64,000 nt of DNA from Clostridia bacterium (GCA_017436645.1 JAFSCR010000006.1:16887-80886), one strand, 5' to 3'; shown: positions 29,423-39,930, counted from the stretch's first letter. Numbers and translations are program-made. Notes: generated by a model not told the origin, from the sequence alone.

Positions 29423-31171
29423 ATGGTAAAATTACCCTTTAACCTATCCCTTAAAAACCGAAGCAAAAAATTCTGGCTTATATGCATTTCTGTCTTTTTG
29501 GTGATTCTGCTTCTTTCCCTGTTTGTGTTTCGACCGCTTCTGAAAAAGGGGAAAAGTTCGGAAATTGCAACTGCAAAGGTTACCCGTGGCAATATCGTCC
29601 GCACCATTGAAGGGAGCGGACAAATCAAGGCCAATGACGAACGCACAATAAGCTCTCTTGTGACGGGCGAAGTCCTCTCCGATTCGTTCAATGTGGGCGA
29701 CATGGTGGAAAAAGATTCTATTTTATATGTAATTGACTCTACCAATATGGACTATAACTTAAAACGTGCCGAGTCCAGCATGGAATCTGCACGCCTTTCC
29801 TATGAAGAAGCCATGGAGACACAGAAGAATCAGACTGTCCGTGCCAGCATTGACGGCGTTATCACAAATCTGTATGTAAAAGAAGGAGACGAAATTACAA
29901 ACGGCACCAGGGTGGCTGAAATCATTGATGCCTCCCGCATGCTTCTTTCCGTTCGCTTCCTCGCTTCGGATGCAAGTTTTATTTCCGTGGGCGAAAGTGC
30001 CCGCATTGTACCGGAAAATGCGCCGAACCAGACACTTTACGGCACTGTAAAAAGCGTTGGTTCCGGCACTTTTACCAACAGCTTTGGCGCTCAGGTTACC
30101 AATGTGGAAATCTGGGTAGATAACCCCGGCGGCATTATGGAGAATTCCAGAGCCACCGCCTTTATCGGCAATTTTGCCTGCAATGAAATCGGTACCTTTA
30201 CATATGCCGACGCCGAAACGGTTACCGCAAAAACAGGCGGCACCGTTCAGAATCTTCGTGTGCATGCCGGCGATTCGGTAAATAAAAACGATCCCCTTTT
30301 CTCCCTTTACAGCGCCTCTACCGAAAGGAGCCTCGAAAGAAGCCGCCTTTCTTATAACGATGCCATCTCCAGCCGTGATAATACCTTTGACCAGCTGGAC
30401 GATTATCAGATTAAATCTCCCATTTCGGGCAAGGTAATCCAGAAAAACGTAAAAGCCGGCGATAAGCTGGAAAGCGGTGCCGGCAGTGCCGCCTCCTCCA
30501 TGGCAATTATTGCCGACCTTTCTGTTCTTACCTTTGATATGGCCGTTGACGAAATGGATATTGGCAGTATTCAGAAAGGGCAGGAAGTCCGTGTGACGGT
30601 GGATGCTTTCCCGAACAAAACTTTCCTCGGGCATGTGGATAATATCACCATTAAAGGGACTTCCACCAATGGTGTCACCTCCTATCCCGTTACGGTAAAG
30701 CTTGACGGCGAGGAAAACACCGACCTTCTTCCCGATATGAATGTAAATGCCACCATTATTATTGAATCCAAGGAAAATGTACTCGTTATTCCCTCCTCCG
30801 CCGTACAGCGAGGAAACCTTGTAGCCGTAAAAGGTGCGGCGCCAAAGGCTCCCACCCCCGAGGAGACGAATTCCACCACGGGTGAAAGTGCCGCATCCCG
30901 TACGCAGAATAAAGCGGCAAATCGAGCCGCATCCATGGAGGCGCCGGACGGCTTCTGTTATGTCCGCATTGAAACCGGTATTACGGACGGGTCCTTCATC
31001 GAAGTGGTTTCCGGCCTTTCCGAAGGAGACGAAATTCTCCTCTCCCAGTCTACCGGAGACAAAAATTCTGCCGTAAACTATACGCGGAATGCACCGCAAG
31101 GCATGAGCGGTATGGGCGGTATGCCTATGGGCGGCGGTATGCCCATGGGCGGCAATCGCCAGAGCCGATAA
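29423..31171 (+). CDS. HlyD-family periplasmic adaptor (membrane fusion protein) of a MacAB-like efflux system
   Basis: An N-terminal TM anchor, then coiled-coil and biotinyl/lipoyl-like segments (VTRGNIVRTIEGSGQIKA..., ISGKVI...VKAGDKL). The C-terminal tail is rich in Gly and Met (GMSGMGGMPMGGGMPMGG). Confidence 0.8.
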   Translation: MVKLPFNLSLKNRSKKFWLICISVFLVILLLSLFVFRPLLKKGKSSEIATAKVTRGNIVRTIEGSGQIKANDERTISSLVTGEVLSDSFNVGDMVEKDSILYVIDSTNMDYNLKRAESSMESARLSYEEAMETQKNQTVRASIDGVITNLYVKEGDEITNGTRVAEIIDASRMLLSVRFLASDASFISVGESARIVPENAPNQTLYGTVKSVGSGTFTNSFGAQVTNVEIWVDNPGGIMENSRATAFIGNFACNEIGTFTYADAETVTAKTGGTVQNLRVHAGDSVNKNDPLFSLYSASTERSLERSRLSYNDAISSRDNTFDQLDDYQIKSPISGKVIQKNVKAGDKLESGAGSAASSMAIIADLSVLTFDMAVDEMDIGSIQKGQEVRVTVDAFPNKTFLGHVDNITIKGTSTNGVTSYPVTVKLDGEENTDLLPDMNVNATIIIESKENVLVIPSSAVQRGNLVAVKGAAPKAPTPEETNSTTGESAASRTQNKAANRAASMEAPDGFCYVRIETGITDGSFIEVVSGLSEGDEILLSQSTGDKNSAVNYTRNAPQGMSGMGGMPMGGGMPMGGNRQSR

Positions 31172-31184
31172 GGGAGGCGAAAAC

Positions 31185-31871
31185 TTGATTCAGCTTACAG
31201 ATGTTTATAAAATCTATTCAGACGGCGATAATGAAATTCATGCGCTGGACGGAATTTCTCTTCACATCGGAAAAGGTGAATTTGTTGCTATTGTCGGCTC
31301 TTCCGGTTCAGGGAAATCTACCTGCATGAATATTATCGGCTGTCTCGATGTACCCACAAGCGGAACATACCTTTTAGACGGCACTGACGTCAGCACCATG
31401 CACGAAAAAGAGCTTGCCCACATTCGGAATCAGCGGCTCGGGTTTGTTTTTCAGCAGTATAACCTCATCCCCAAGCTGAACATTCTTGAAAATGTGGAGC
31501 TTCCCCTTTTATACCGTGGTCTGCCTGCTTCCCAGCGGCGGAAAATGGCAATGGAGGCGCTGGACCGTGTCGGCATTGCAGACCGATTTAAAAAATATCC
31601 GGCACAGCTTTCGGGCGGTCAGCAGCAGCGTGTGTCCATCGCCCGAGCCCTTGCAGGCCGTCCGCCCGTCATTTTAGCCGATGAGCCGACAGGTGCTCTC
31701 GATTCCAAAACGGGCAGAGATGTTCTGGACTTTATGAAAACGCTGCACCACGACGGCACCACTATTGTTCTCATCACCCATGATAATACCATTGCGGCAG
31801 AAATTCCGAGAGTAGTCCGTATTCATGACGGGCTTATCACCGAGGACAGCCGAAGGGAGGAAGATGCATGA
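31185..31871 (+). CDS. ABC transporter ATP-binding protein (MacB/LolD/FtsE type)
   Basis: GSSGSGKST (Walker A), [15 protein letters not shown] (signature), [11 protein letters not shown] (Walker B). Confidence 0.9.
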   Translation: MIQLTDVYKIYSDGDNEIHALDGISLHIGKGEFVAIVGSSGSGKSTCMNIIGCLDVPTSGTYLLDGTDVSTMHEKELAHIRNQRLGFVFQQYNLIPKLNILENVELPLLYRGLPASQRRKMAMEALDRVGIADRFKKYPAQLSGGQQQRVSIARALAGRPPVILADEPTGALDSKTGRDVLDFMKTLHHDGTTIVLITHDNTIAAEIPRVVRIHDGLITEDSRREEDA

Positions 31872-33040
31872 ATATCAGCCAATCTTTCCGCCTTGCCCTA
31901 AAAAGTCTTTCTGCCAGTAAAATGCGCTCGTTTCTCACCATGCTCGGTATTATCATAGGCGTGGCGGCGGTTATTATTATCGTCAGCCTTATGTCAAGCC
32001 TTACCAATTACGTCGTTTCTGTTTTTGAGGATATGGGCGCAAATCTCATAACGGTAAGCATTTCAGGCCGAGGCGGAAACCGAAGTGTAAGCCCCGAGGA
32101 AATGATGGAGCTTTCGCTGGATAACCCCGATATCATCGCCTATGTGTCCCCCAGTCTTTCCGTGAGCGCAACGGTTAAAAACGGCACGGAAAGCGAAAGT
32201 CTCCAGGCCGTAGGCGCAAATGAATACTATGATGAAATCAAACAGCTGAATGTCCAGCTTGGCCGCCATCTTTCCTATGTGGACGTGGAGGAAAGATGTC
32301 ATAACTGCATCATCGGCACTTATCTTGTCAAAGAACTTTTCGGCGGTGAAAATCCGCTGGACGAAACGGTATATGTAAACGGATATCCCTTTAAGGTTGT
32401 AGGCGTTTTGGAAGAAAAGGCATCCAGCACGCAAACGGGTGCAGATAACACACTCATCCTCCCCTACACCGTCGGCCAGAAGCTTTTCGGCGGCAGAATC
32501 TCCACTTACAGCGTCAGCGCCGCCTCAAAGGACAGCATTGATGCGGCCAACACCCTTTTAGAAAGCTTTCTTCTGGATAAATTCGCATCGGATGATTATT
32601 TTACGCTGATTGACCAGGCCGCCATCATTGAAGAGCTGAATAAGCTTATCGGCATGATGACCTCCATGCTTGTGGGCATTGCGGCTATTTCACTCCTCGT
32701 CGGCGGTATTGGCGTTATGAACATTATGCTTGTATCCGTCACGGAGCGTACCCGTGAAATCGGGATTCGAAAATCCCTCGGGGCTACGCCCTGGGATATT
32801 CTCGGCCAGTTCCTCGTGGAGGCGTGTGTCACCAGCGGCATCGGCGGGATTTTAGGGATTTTCCTCGGTATTGGCGGTGCAGCCGCCGGCACAAAGCTTA
32901 TCGGCGTACCGTTTACCGTTTCCGTTTTTTCCATCCTCATTGCCTTTACCGTTTCCGCCGCCATCGGCATCGGTTTCGGTTATTTTCCGGCGAAGAAAGC
33001 ATCTCGTTTAAATCCCATAGATGCACTTCGGTATGACTAA
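31868..33040 (+). CDS. ABC transporter permease, FtsX/MacB family
   Basis: An N-terminal TM helix, a large extracytoplasmic domain, then three C-terminal TM helices containing TERTREIGIRKSLGA, the FtsX-like conserved segment. The start overlaps the ATPase stop codon. Confidence 0.85.
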   Translation: MNISQSFRLALKSLSASKMRSFLTMLGIIIGVAAVIIIVSLMSSLTNYVVSVFEDMGANLITVSISGRGGNRSVSPEEMMELSLDNPDIIAYVSPSLSVSATVKNGTESESLQAVGANEYYDEIKQLNVQLGRHLSYVDVEERCHNCIIGTYLVKELFGGENPLDETVYVNGYPFKVVGVLEEKASSTQTGADNTLILPYTVGQKLFGGRISTYSVSAASKDSIDAANTLLESFLLDKFASDDYFTLIDQAAIIEELNKLIGMMTSMLVGIAAISLLVGGIGVMNIMLVSVTERTREIGIRKSLGATPWDILGQFLVEACVTSGIGGILGIFLGIGGAAAGTKLIGVPFTVSVFSILIAFTVSAAIGIGFGYFPAKKASRLNPIDALRYD

Positions 33041-33056
33041 GAAAGGAGCTTTTCAC

Positions 33057-35297
33057 ATGTTTAAAAAGCTAACTGCATGGATTCTTCTCCTCAGTCTTTT
33101 CTCCCTTCCTGCCCTCGCCGCACCCAGCGGCGGTGAGGTGGCACTGCTTGACAGCCTCGGTATATTTGAAGGGTACGAGGACGGTTCCTACCGTCTTGAC
33201 AACAATCTGACCCGTGGAGAATTTACAAAGGTGGCCATTATGGCATCGGATGCACGAAAATCCATTTCATCCGCCATGTCCACTTCGCCTTTTGCGGATG
33301 TTCCCCATACGCTCTGGTCAGCGCCTTACATCCGTCTTGCATCGGAAAAGGGGTATGTAAACGGGTATCTGGATTCCACCTTCCGCCCCGATGCACCCAT
33401 CTCTTTTGCCGAATCCGTAGCTGTTTTTCTCCGTCTTTTAGGGTACACCAACAGCGATTTCGGGCCCACGTGGCCGGAAGGACACATGGCAATCGCCAAT
33501 GACATCGGCCTTTGCGACGGTATATCTCTCCCCTATGATGCTTTCATTACCCGTGGCGATACCGTAACCTTAATTTGTAATCTTCTGGACAAAAACATAA
33601 AAGGCACAAAAACAGAATATCTCTCGGTACTGGACTGCACCTCAGAAGAAGATGTTATCATCCGTGCCACCAGCAAAGAGGATATAACGGTAGCCGAAAA
33701 CAAAGTCCTTACCAGTGCAGGCACATATAAAAAAGGCAACAATTTCTCCGCCGACTGGGTCGGGAAAACAGGCGAGCTGTTTTTGGAAAACGGTGATACG
33801 ATAAAAGCCTTTGTGCCGGATATGGATACGTTTGTCCGCATGGAAACATACGTTGTATATTCCGCCCTCGGGGACGGCATCATTGCCTACCGTGACGGCA
33901 AAACAGAAAAGGTGACCCTCTCTGACGGGCTCCCGATTTACAAAAACAACGCCCCCTCCGGCTCTTTACAAAAATCACAGCTGAAAATGGGCGATATTTT
34001 GAAGGTTGTGTATAACGAAGACAACAAGGCAGAATATGTAATGCGGGATACGGACGGTCTCCTCGGTCCCTACACGGCAGGACCCGCTTGGCAGACAGAA
34101 ATCCCCACGGATGCCGGCACCTTCTTTATCCGAAACGGCGAGGCGGTGTCTTCCTCTGCCATTGAAACCTATGACATCTTATATTATGCAAAATCCCTCA
34201 ACATGGTACTTGCCTATACGGACAGAGTAACGGGCATTTATAAAAATGCATCCCCCTCGAAAGATGCCCCCTCCTCCGTCACCGTTTCCGGCAATGTCTA
34301 TCCCATCGAAAGCGTTTCTGCATTCCAAAAGCTGGGTGCAGGCGGCACATTCTCCTTCGGGGATACCGTGACGCTTCTCCTTGGCAGAGAGGGTGCTGTG
34401 GCGGACGTTATCACGCCTGCCGCCTCCGGCACGGTTGCAGGTTTTGTTGTGGATACCGGCACGAAATCTTTCACTACAAACCTGGGTGAGCCTTACAGCG
34501 GCTATTCCATTACCATTCTTTCTGCGGACGGACAAAAGCTGGAGCTTGAAGCTGATGCAGATTATGAACGCCTTTTAAACCGAGTCGTCACGCTCACTTT
34601 CTCTGACGGCAAGGCCATTGCAAGAGAAGCAGCACCGGCAAGCGTGAGCGGCACTTTCCAATCAGACGCCGCCCTTCTCGGCGCCGCCTCCCTTTCTCCT
34701 GATATTAAAATTCTGGATACTTACGCCCCCGATGCCTATAATCCCGGTGCAGGCATTACCGTATTTCCGCAGCGGCTTGACGGCATAACCATTCCCAAAA
34801 CGAAAATTCTGTATGTGGGCTATGATGGAAAGGACAGAATATCAGAACTTATTTTAAATGATGTTACAGGGGATATACACGACTATGGTGTTGTAACAAA
34901 AGCCACTACCCAAAATGCAGGCATGCAGCTTTCGGGCACTTACGAATATACAATCGGCGGTAAAAACGGCACCTTTACTTCAAGAGGCGAAACCTTCTCC
35001 GTAGGCTCCCACGCCCCTGCAAAGTTTACCTATTCCGGCGGGCAGATTTATTCCATTTCACGCCTTTCCGAAATTTCCGAAGCAATTACTTCCATAAGTG
35101 ACACGGAAATTATCTATCGCAGCGGCAACCGATATGATATTACGGAGGCTGATATTTATCTTCGCCGATACGATAACTCCTACGCACTTTTAAAACCGGG
35201 CGAAGTTTCTCTCGAAAAATATTTTGTGTCGGCTTTTTATGATGCTTCCACCGCTTCCGGCGGAAAAATCCGTGTAATAATCGCCCAAGAAAACTAA
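33057..35297 (+). CDS. cell-surface protein with N-terminal SLH domains and a large beta-rich C-terminal region
   Basis: Signal peptide MFKKLTAWILLLSLFSLPALA. SLH repeats follow (FEGYEDGSYRLDNNLTRGEFTKVA; FADVPHTLWSAPYIRLASEKGYVNGYLDSTFRPDAPISFAESVAV). Confidence 0.7.
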   Translation: MFKKLTAWILLLSLFSLPALAAPSGGEVALLDSLGIFEGYEDGSYRLDNNLTRGEFTKVAIMASDARKSISSAMSTSPFADVPHTLWSAPYIRLASEKGYVNGYLDSTFRPDAPISFAESVAVFLRLLGYTNSDFGPTWPEGHMAIANDIGLCDGISLPYDAFITRGDTVTLICNLLDKNIKGTKTEYLSVLDCTSEEDVIIRATSKEDITVAENKVLTSAGTYKKGNNFSADWVGKTGELFLENGDTIKAFVPDMDTFVRMETYVVYSALGDGIIAYRDGKTEKVTLSDGLPIYKNNAPSGSLQKSQLKMGDILKVVYNEDNKAEYVMRDTDGLLGPYTAGPAWQTEIPTDAGTFFIRNGEAVSSSAIETYDILYYAKSLNMVLAYTDRVTGIYKNASPSKDAPSSVTVSGNVYPIESVSAFQKLGAGGTFSFGDTVTLLLGREGAVADVITPAASGTVAGFVVDTGTKSFTTNLGEPYSGYSITILSADGQKLELEADADYERLLNRVVTLTFSDGKAIAREAAPASVSGTFQSDAALLGAASLSPDIKILDTYAPDAYNPGAGITVFPQRLDGITIPKTKILYVGYDGKDRISELILNDVTGDIHDYGVVTKATTQNAGMQLSGTYEYTIGGKNGTFTSRGETFSVGSHAPAKFTYSGGQIYSISRLSEISEAITSISDTEIIYRSGNRYDITEADIYLRRYDNSYALLKPGEVSLEKYFVSAFYDASTASGGKIRVIIAQEN

Positions 35298-35301
35298 AGA
35301 A

Positions 35302-35336
35302 AACGGGATGTGGTACTATCCACATCCCGTTTTTTA
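35302..35336. terminator. bidirectional intrinsic terminator (aacgggatgtgg / ccacatcccgtt stem)
   Basis: A perfect 10 to 12 bp stem flanked by A and T runs lies between the convergent SLH gene and the lipid kinase gene. Confidence 0.6.
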
Positions 35337-36281
35337 TGCAGTAATTTCTTTTTTTACTTTTTTCCCCGGTAAAATAAACCGAAAAGCACCTTTTTCAATT
35401 TCAAATTCCGTTTTACCTGCTTCAATAATTTCCCCGTCAATGCAAAGCTTCATTTTGCCGTCCAGCGGCGTGATTGTCGCTTTGGAACAATTTACGTTAC
35501 AAAGTATATCATCAATGTTTTTGACGCTTAAAATACGCCCTTTGGCGTAATGGGGCAATAGGGAAAGGAACCGAAGTCTGGATACATTTTTAATAATGTT
35601 TATATTCATCCGGCCGCTACAAACCGATGCCCGTGGGTTACTTTTAATACCGCCGCCGCAATAACAGCCGTTGGCAATGGAAGAGAGCAGTAATTTTCCG
35701 CTGTGCTTTTCTTCCCCATCAATTTCAATTTTCAGATTGGCACCTTTTTTACGGATGAGCATTACAAAAATAGAAAGTATGTACGAAAACGGTCCGGGAA
35801 TAAAGGAAAGCTTTTCCATTTTGTTTTTTAAATCCGCCACGTTGCAGTCAAACCCGATATTGAACATATTGGCGCAGTACCCTGTCAGTACGCCTTTATC
35901 CGTTTCCGTTTTATAACGGATTGCATCACAGGAAACGCTGGCACCGCTTACCTGCCCCCGAATATCTTCATAGGACGTTTCGGGGCAAAAAGCACGGCAA
36001 AAATCGTTCCCTGACCCGATGGGAATAACGCCTATTTCTGCATCCGGATTCTCTGCGGCACCATTTAGCACCTCATTTAACGTGCCGTCACCGCCGCAAG
36101 CGATAAACCTTGCGCCGCCAAATTCTGCACAAAATGATTTTACAAAGGCCGCCGCATCATGGGGCGCTTTTGTTATGTAAATCTCAACATCGTGTTCGGA
36201 AACTTCCCGAATTTTTTCTATGAGTTCTTTTGTTTTCTTACCGCCGCCTGCAATAGGATTTATAACAAAAACAGTTTTCAC
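35334..36281 (-). CDS. diacylglycerol kinase catalytic-domain lipid kinase (DagK/YegS family)
   Basis: MKTVFVINPIAGGGK...ACGGDGTLNEV...IPIGSGNDF are DAGK_cat motifs. Confidence 0.85.
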   Translation of the reverse strand: MKTVFVINPIAGGGKKTKELIEKIREVSEHDVEIYITKAPHDAAAFVKSFCAEFGGARFIACGGDGTLNEVLNGAAENPDAEIGVIPIGSGNDFCRAFCPETSYEDIRGQVSGASVSCDAIRYKTETDKGVLTGYCANMFNIGFDCNVADLKNKMEKLSFIPGPFSYILSIFVMLIRKKGANLKIEIDGEEKHSGKLLLSSIANGCYCGGGIKSNPRASVCSGRMNINIIKNVSRLRFLSLLPHYAKGRILSVKNIDDILCNVNCSKATITPLDGKMKLCIDGEIIEAGKTEFEIEKGAFRFILPGKKVKKEITA

Positions 36282-36349
36282 GGTATCATCCTTTGTTTTT
36301 CGTATTTTGAATCTATATACTGTCCCTCTTAGGATACGAGTTCATAAGT

Positions 36350-36388
36350 TTGTATAAAATAAGCCTTGCCGGCTAAGCCGGCAAGGCT
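36350..36388 (-). terminator. intrinsic terminator downstream of ppdK (perfect palindrome aagccttgccggct / agccggcaaggctt)
   Basis: A 14 bp GC-rich stem with a U-run on the minus strand. Confidence 0.6.
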
Positions 36389-36395
36389 TTGATTG

Positions 36396-39014
36396 TTAGC
36401 GAAGTGCTGCCTGTGCGGCTGCAAGACGTGCAATGGGTACACGGAAGGGTGAGCAGGATACATAGGTGAGGCCTACATTGTGGCAGAACTCAACTGTGGA
36501 CGGGTCACCGCCGTGTTCACCGCAGATACCGAGCTTAATGTCGGGGCGGGTTTCACGACCGAGGCTCGCTGCCATCTTTACGAGTTTACCAACACCCTTC
36601 TGGTCAATCTTTGCAAAGGGATCGTTTTCGTAAATCTTGGTGTCATAGTAAGCATCGAGGAACTTACCGGCATCGTCACGGGAGAAGCCGAAGGTCATCT
36701 GGGTAAGGTCATTTGTACCGAAGGAGAAGAATTCTGCTTCCTTGGCGATTTCGTCAGCTGTGAGGGCTGCACGGGGAATTTCAATCATGGTACCTACTTT
36801 GTAAGTCAGGTCAGAACCGGCTTCTTTAATTACTGCATCCGCCGTTTCAACAACAACCTTCTTAACAAATGCAAGTTCCTTGATTTCGCCAACGAGGGGA
36901 ATCATGATTTCGGGAACAATCTTTATGTTCTTTCTCTTGGAAACGCTGATAGCAGCCTTAATAACCGCACGGGTCTGCATTGCTGCAATTTCCGGATAGG
37001 TTACGGCAAGACGGCATCCACGGTGACCCATCATGGGGTTGAATTCGTGGAGAGATGCAATGATTGCCTTAATTTCTGCAACGGTTTTGCCCTGTGTTTT
37101 TGCAAGTGCTTCAATATCCTTTTCTTCTGTGGGAACGAATTCATGAAGCGGGGGATCGAGGAAACGAATGGTAACGCCGTAGCCTTCCATTACGTCATAA
37201 AGCTTTTCAAAGTCGCCCTGCTGCATGGGTTCGATTTTTGCAAGAGCAGCTTCTCTCTGTTCCTTTGTATCGGAGCAGATCATTTCACGGATTGCTGCAA
37301 TTCTGTCTGCTTCAAAGAACATATGTTCTGTACGGCAAAGACCGATACCTTCTGCACCGAGTTCTCTTGCACGTGCAGCATCCTGCGGTGTGTCGGCATT
37401 GGTACGAACTTTGAGTACTCTGTACTTATCAGCCCATGCCATAATTCTGCCGAATTCACCACCGATGGAAGCATCTACTGTGGGAATAAGGCCCTGATAG
37501 ATGCAGCCTGTGGAACCGTCAATGGAAATTTCGTCGCCTTCACGGAATGTGACACCGGCGAGTTCAAATACTTTGTTTTCTTCGTCCATGTTAATAGCGC
37601 TGCAGCCGGATACACAGCAGGTACCCATACCACGGGCAACAACAGCTGCGTGAGAGGTCATACCGCCACGAACGGTGAGGATGCCCTGTGCAGCCTTCAT
37701 GCCTTCAATATCTTCAGGAGAAGTTTCAAGGCGAACGAGAACAACCTTTTCGCCACGGTCTGCCCATGCCTTTGCATCGTCAGCAGTAAATACTACCTTA
37801 CCGCAAGCAGCACCGGGAGATGCAGCGAGTGCACGGCCGAGGGGTGCAACCTTCTTCAGTACTGCAGCATCAAACTGGGGATGGAGCAGCGTGTCAAGGT
37901 TTCTCGGGTCAATCATAAGTACAGCTTCCTTTTCGGAAATCATGCCTTCGTCAACAAGGTCGCAAGCGATCTTTAAGGCGGCGGCAGCTGTACGCTTACC
38001 GTTTCTTGTCTGGAGCATATAGAGCTTTCTGTCTTCAATGGTGAACTCCATATCCTGCATATCTCTGTAATGGCTTTCGAGCTTTGCACAGATTTTGGTA
38101 AATTCATCATATACTTCAGGCATAACTTCTTTCAGCTGGTCAATCTTCTGGGGTGTTCTTACGCCTGCAACAACGTCTTCGCCCTGTGCATTCATAAGGA
38201 ATTCACCAAAGAGAGCCTTTTCGCCTGTGGCGGGGTTACGGGTAAATGCAACACCTGTACCACTCGTTTCGCCCATGTTACCGAATGCCATCATCTGTAC
38301 GTTAACGGCTGTACCCCAGTCATAGGGGATATCGTTATCACGACGGTAGATGTTAGCACGGGGGTTGTCCCAGGAGCGGAAAACAGCCTGGATAGCGCCC
38401 ATGAGCTGTTCCTTCGGGTCTGTGGGGAATTCACTTCCGATTTTTGCCTTATATTCAGCTTTGAACTGAGAAGCCAGTTCCTTAAGGTCATCAGCCGTAA
38501 GGTCAACGTCCTGTGTGATGCCCTTCTTTTCTTTCATTTCATCAATGAGCTGTTCGAAGTACTTTTTGCCGACTTCCATAACAACGTCAGAGTACATCTG
38601 GATGAAACGGCGATAGCAGTCCCAAGCCCAGCGGGGGTTACCGGATTTAGCAGAGAGTGCTTCAACAACCTGTTCGTTAAGACCGAGGTTTAAGATGGTA
38701 TCCATCATACCGGGCATGGATGCACGGGCACCGGAACGAACGGAAACGAGAAGGGGGTTTTCCATATCACCGAACTTTTTGCCGGTTACTTCTTCCATCT
38801 TTCCAATATATTCCATGATTTCAGCCTGAATATCCTCGTGAATACGCTTGCCGTCATCATAATAACGTGTGCATGCTTCTGTGGTTACGGTAAAGCCCTG
38901 GGGAACCGGCATACCAAGCTTTGTCATTTCAGCCAGATTTGCGCCTTTACCACCGAGGAGGTTGCGCATGCTTGCATCCCCTTCGCTAAATAAATAAACA
39001 TATTTATTTGCCAT
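36396..39014 (-). CDS. ppdK: pyruvate, phosphate dikinase
   Basis: MANKYVYLFSEGDASMRNLLGGKGANLAEM, the central phosphohistidine domain (GGMTSHAAVVARGMG) and the C-terminal PEP-utilising TIM barrel. 872 aa. Confidence 0.95.
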   Translation of the reverse strand: MANKYVYLFSEGDASMRNLLGGKGANLAEMTKLGMPVPQGFTVTTEACTRYYDDGKRIHEDIQAEIMEYIGKMEEVTGKKFGDMENPLLVSVRSGARASMPGMMDTILNLGLNEQVVEALSAKSGNPRWAWDCYRRFIQMYSDVVMEVGKKYFEQLIDEMKEKKGITQDVDLTADDLKELASQFKAEYKAKIGSEFPTDPKEQLMGAIQAVFRSWDNPRANIYRRDNDIPYDWGTAVNVQMMAFGNMGETSGTGVAFTRNPATGEKALFGEFLMNAQGEDVVAGVRTPQKIDQLKEVMPEVYDEFTKICAKLESHYRDMQDMEFTIEDRKLYMLQTRNGKRTAAAALKIACDLVDEGMISEKEAVLMIDPRNLDTLLHPQFDAAVLKKVAPLGRALAASPGAACGKVVFTADDAKAWADRGEKVVLVRLETSPEDIEGMKAAQGILTVRGGMTSHAAVVARGMGTCCVSGCSAINMDEENKVFELAGVTFREGDEISIDGSTGCIYQGLIPTVDASIGGEFGRIMAWADKYRVLKVRTNADTPQDAARARELGAEGIGLCRTEHMFFEADRIAAIREMICSDTKEQREAALAKIEPMQQGDFEKLYDVMEGYGVTIRFLDPPLHEFVPTEEKDIEALAKTQGKTVAEIKAIIASLHEFNPMMGHRGCRLAVTYPEIAAMQTRAVIKAAISVSKRKNIKIVPEIMIPLVGEIKELAFVKKVVVETADAVIKEAGSDLTYKVGTMIEIPRAALTADEIAKEAEFFSFGTNDLTQMTFGFSRDDAGKFLDAYYDTKIYENDPFAKIDQKGVGKLVKMAASLGRETRPDIKLGICGEHGGDPSTVEFCHNVGLTYVSCSPFRVPIARLAAAQAALR

Positions 39015-39069
39015 GTGATTTCTCCTTTCAGAAAATAAAATAATTAAATATCACATAATCATAATATAT

Positions 39070-39098
39070 ACTATAACCGAAAACTGGGCAAATGTCAA
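39070..39098 (-). promoter_or_regulatory. sigma-A promoter (TTGACA, 17 nt, TATAGT) for ppdK
   Basis: Minus strand reads ttgacatttgcccagttttcggttatagt. The -35 is consensus. Confidence 0.5.
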
Positions 39099-39153
39099 TA
39101 TATCCTTTCTATTTTTTGCAAACTTTGTGATTTTTTGAAAAAGGCGGTGTGTT

Positions 39154-39930
39154 ATGTATATTCGTCTTTCAAAGCATGTTTTTGTGCACATGGTTCTCCC
39201 TGTTTTCCTGCTTTTGTCTTGTTTTACGCCTGCCGGCAGCAACTTCCGTACGGTCTTTTTCTTTGCCGCTCTCCATGAGCTTTTTCATTTTTTTACAGCC
39301 TGTGCGCTCGGTGTTTCCATTCTCCGCATTCTGCTCTTGCCTTACGGTTGTCATCTTCGCCTCGGCAAAGCGGATTGTTTTACGGAAGCCAAAATCGCTT
39401 TGGCGGGGCCCATTGGCAGTTTTTTTCTTTTTTTACTTTTTCGAAACACATCCGCCAAAGACATGAATCTCATGCTTTGCCTTATAAATCTTCTTCCCGC
39501 CCTGCCTTTGGACGGTGGCAGAATCCTCCGCCCTTTTTTGTGGAGATATATGGGTGTATATCACGGGAACAGAGCCCTTCGCTTTATGGGGTTTTTGGTT
39601 TCCTTCGTTTTTTGTTTTCTCGGGTTCTGTATGCCCAGTATTTTTTGCTTTTTTCTCGCAGGTCTTCTCTTTTTTCACGCCGTCATTCTGCCTTCTCCCC
39701 TGCCGCTCCTCCAGAAAAAAGTGCCTCGCCCTTTTGTGAAAATCCGGAAAGTGCACAGCCGTGACAGTCTGCATATTTTAAACCGCCTCTATTCTCCCTT
39801 TTACACCATTTCTTTTTACATAAAAGATAAGCATCTTTATGTTTCCGAGAGCGAAGTTCTGCGAGCGCTTAAGAAAGATACGTCCTTTACTTTCGCAGAG
39901 CTTTTAAGGAATAGGAAAAAATGTTCATAA
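39154..39930 (+). CDS. M50 site-2 protease family membrane metallopeptidase (SpoIVFB-like)
   Basis: HELFH (HExxH) lies in a TM helix and NLLPALPLDGGRIL (LDG motif) follows. There are several TM segments. Confidence 0.7.
   Translation: MYIRLSKHVFVHMVLPVFLLLSCFTPAGSNFRTVFFFAALHELFHFFTACALGVSILRILLLPYGCHLRLGKADCFTEAKIALAGPIGSFFLFLLFRNTSAKDMNLMLCLINLLPALPLDGGRILRPFLWRYMGVYHGNRALRFMGFLVSFVFCFLGFCMPSIFCFFLAGLLFFHAVILPSPLPLLQKKVPRPFVKIRKVHSRDSLHILNRLYSPFYTISFYIKDKHLYVSESEVLRALKKDTSFTFAELLRNRKKCS

Noticed and set aside
29759-31099. A 446 aa minus-strand ORF inside the HlyD adaptor gene.
   Set aside because: It is antisense to a gene with clear family motifs. The product is Gly/Phe/Ile-rich and low-complexity, and no translation signals are present.
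36480-37976. A 498 aa plus-strand ORF inside ppdK.
   Set aside because: It is antisense to ppdK, and its Cys/Phe/Asn-rich composition is implausible.
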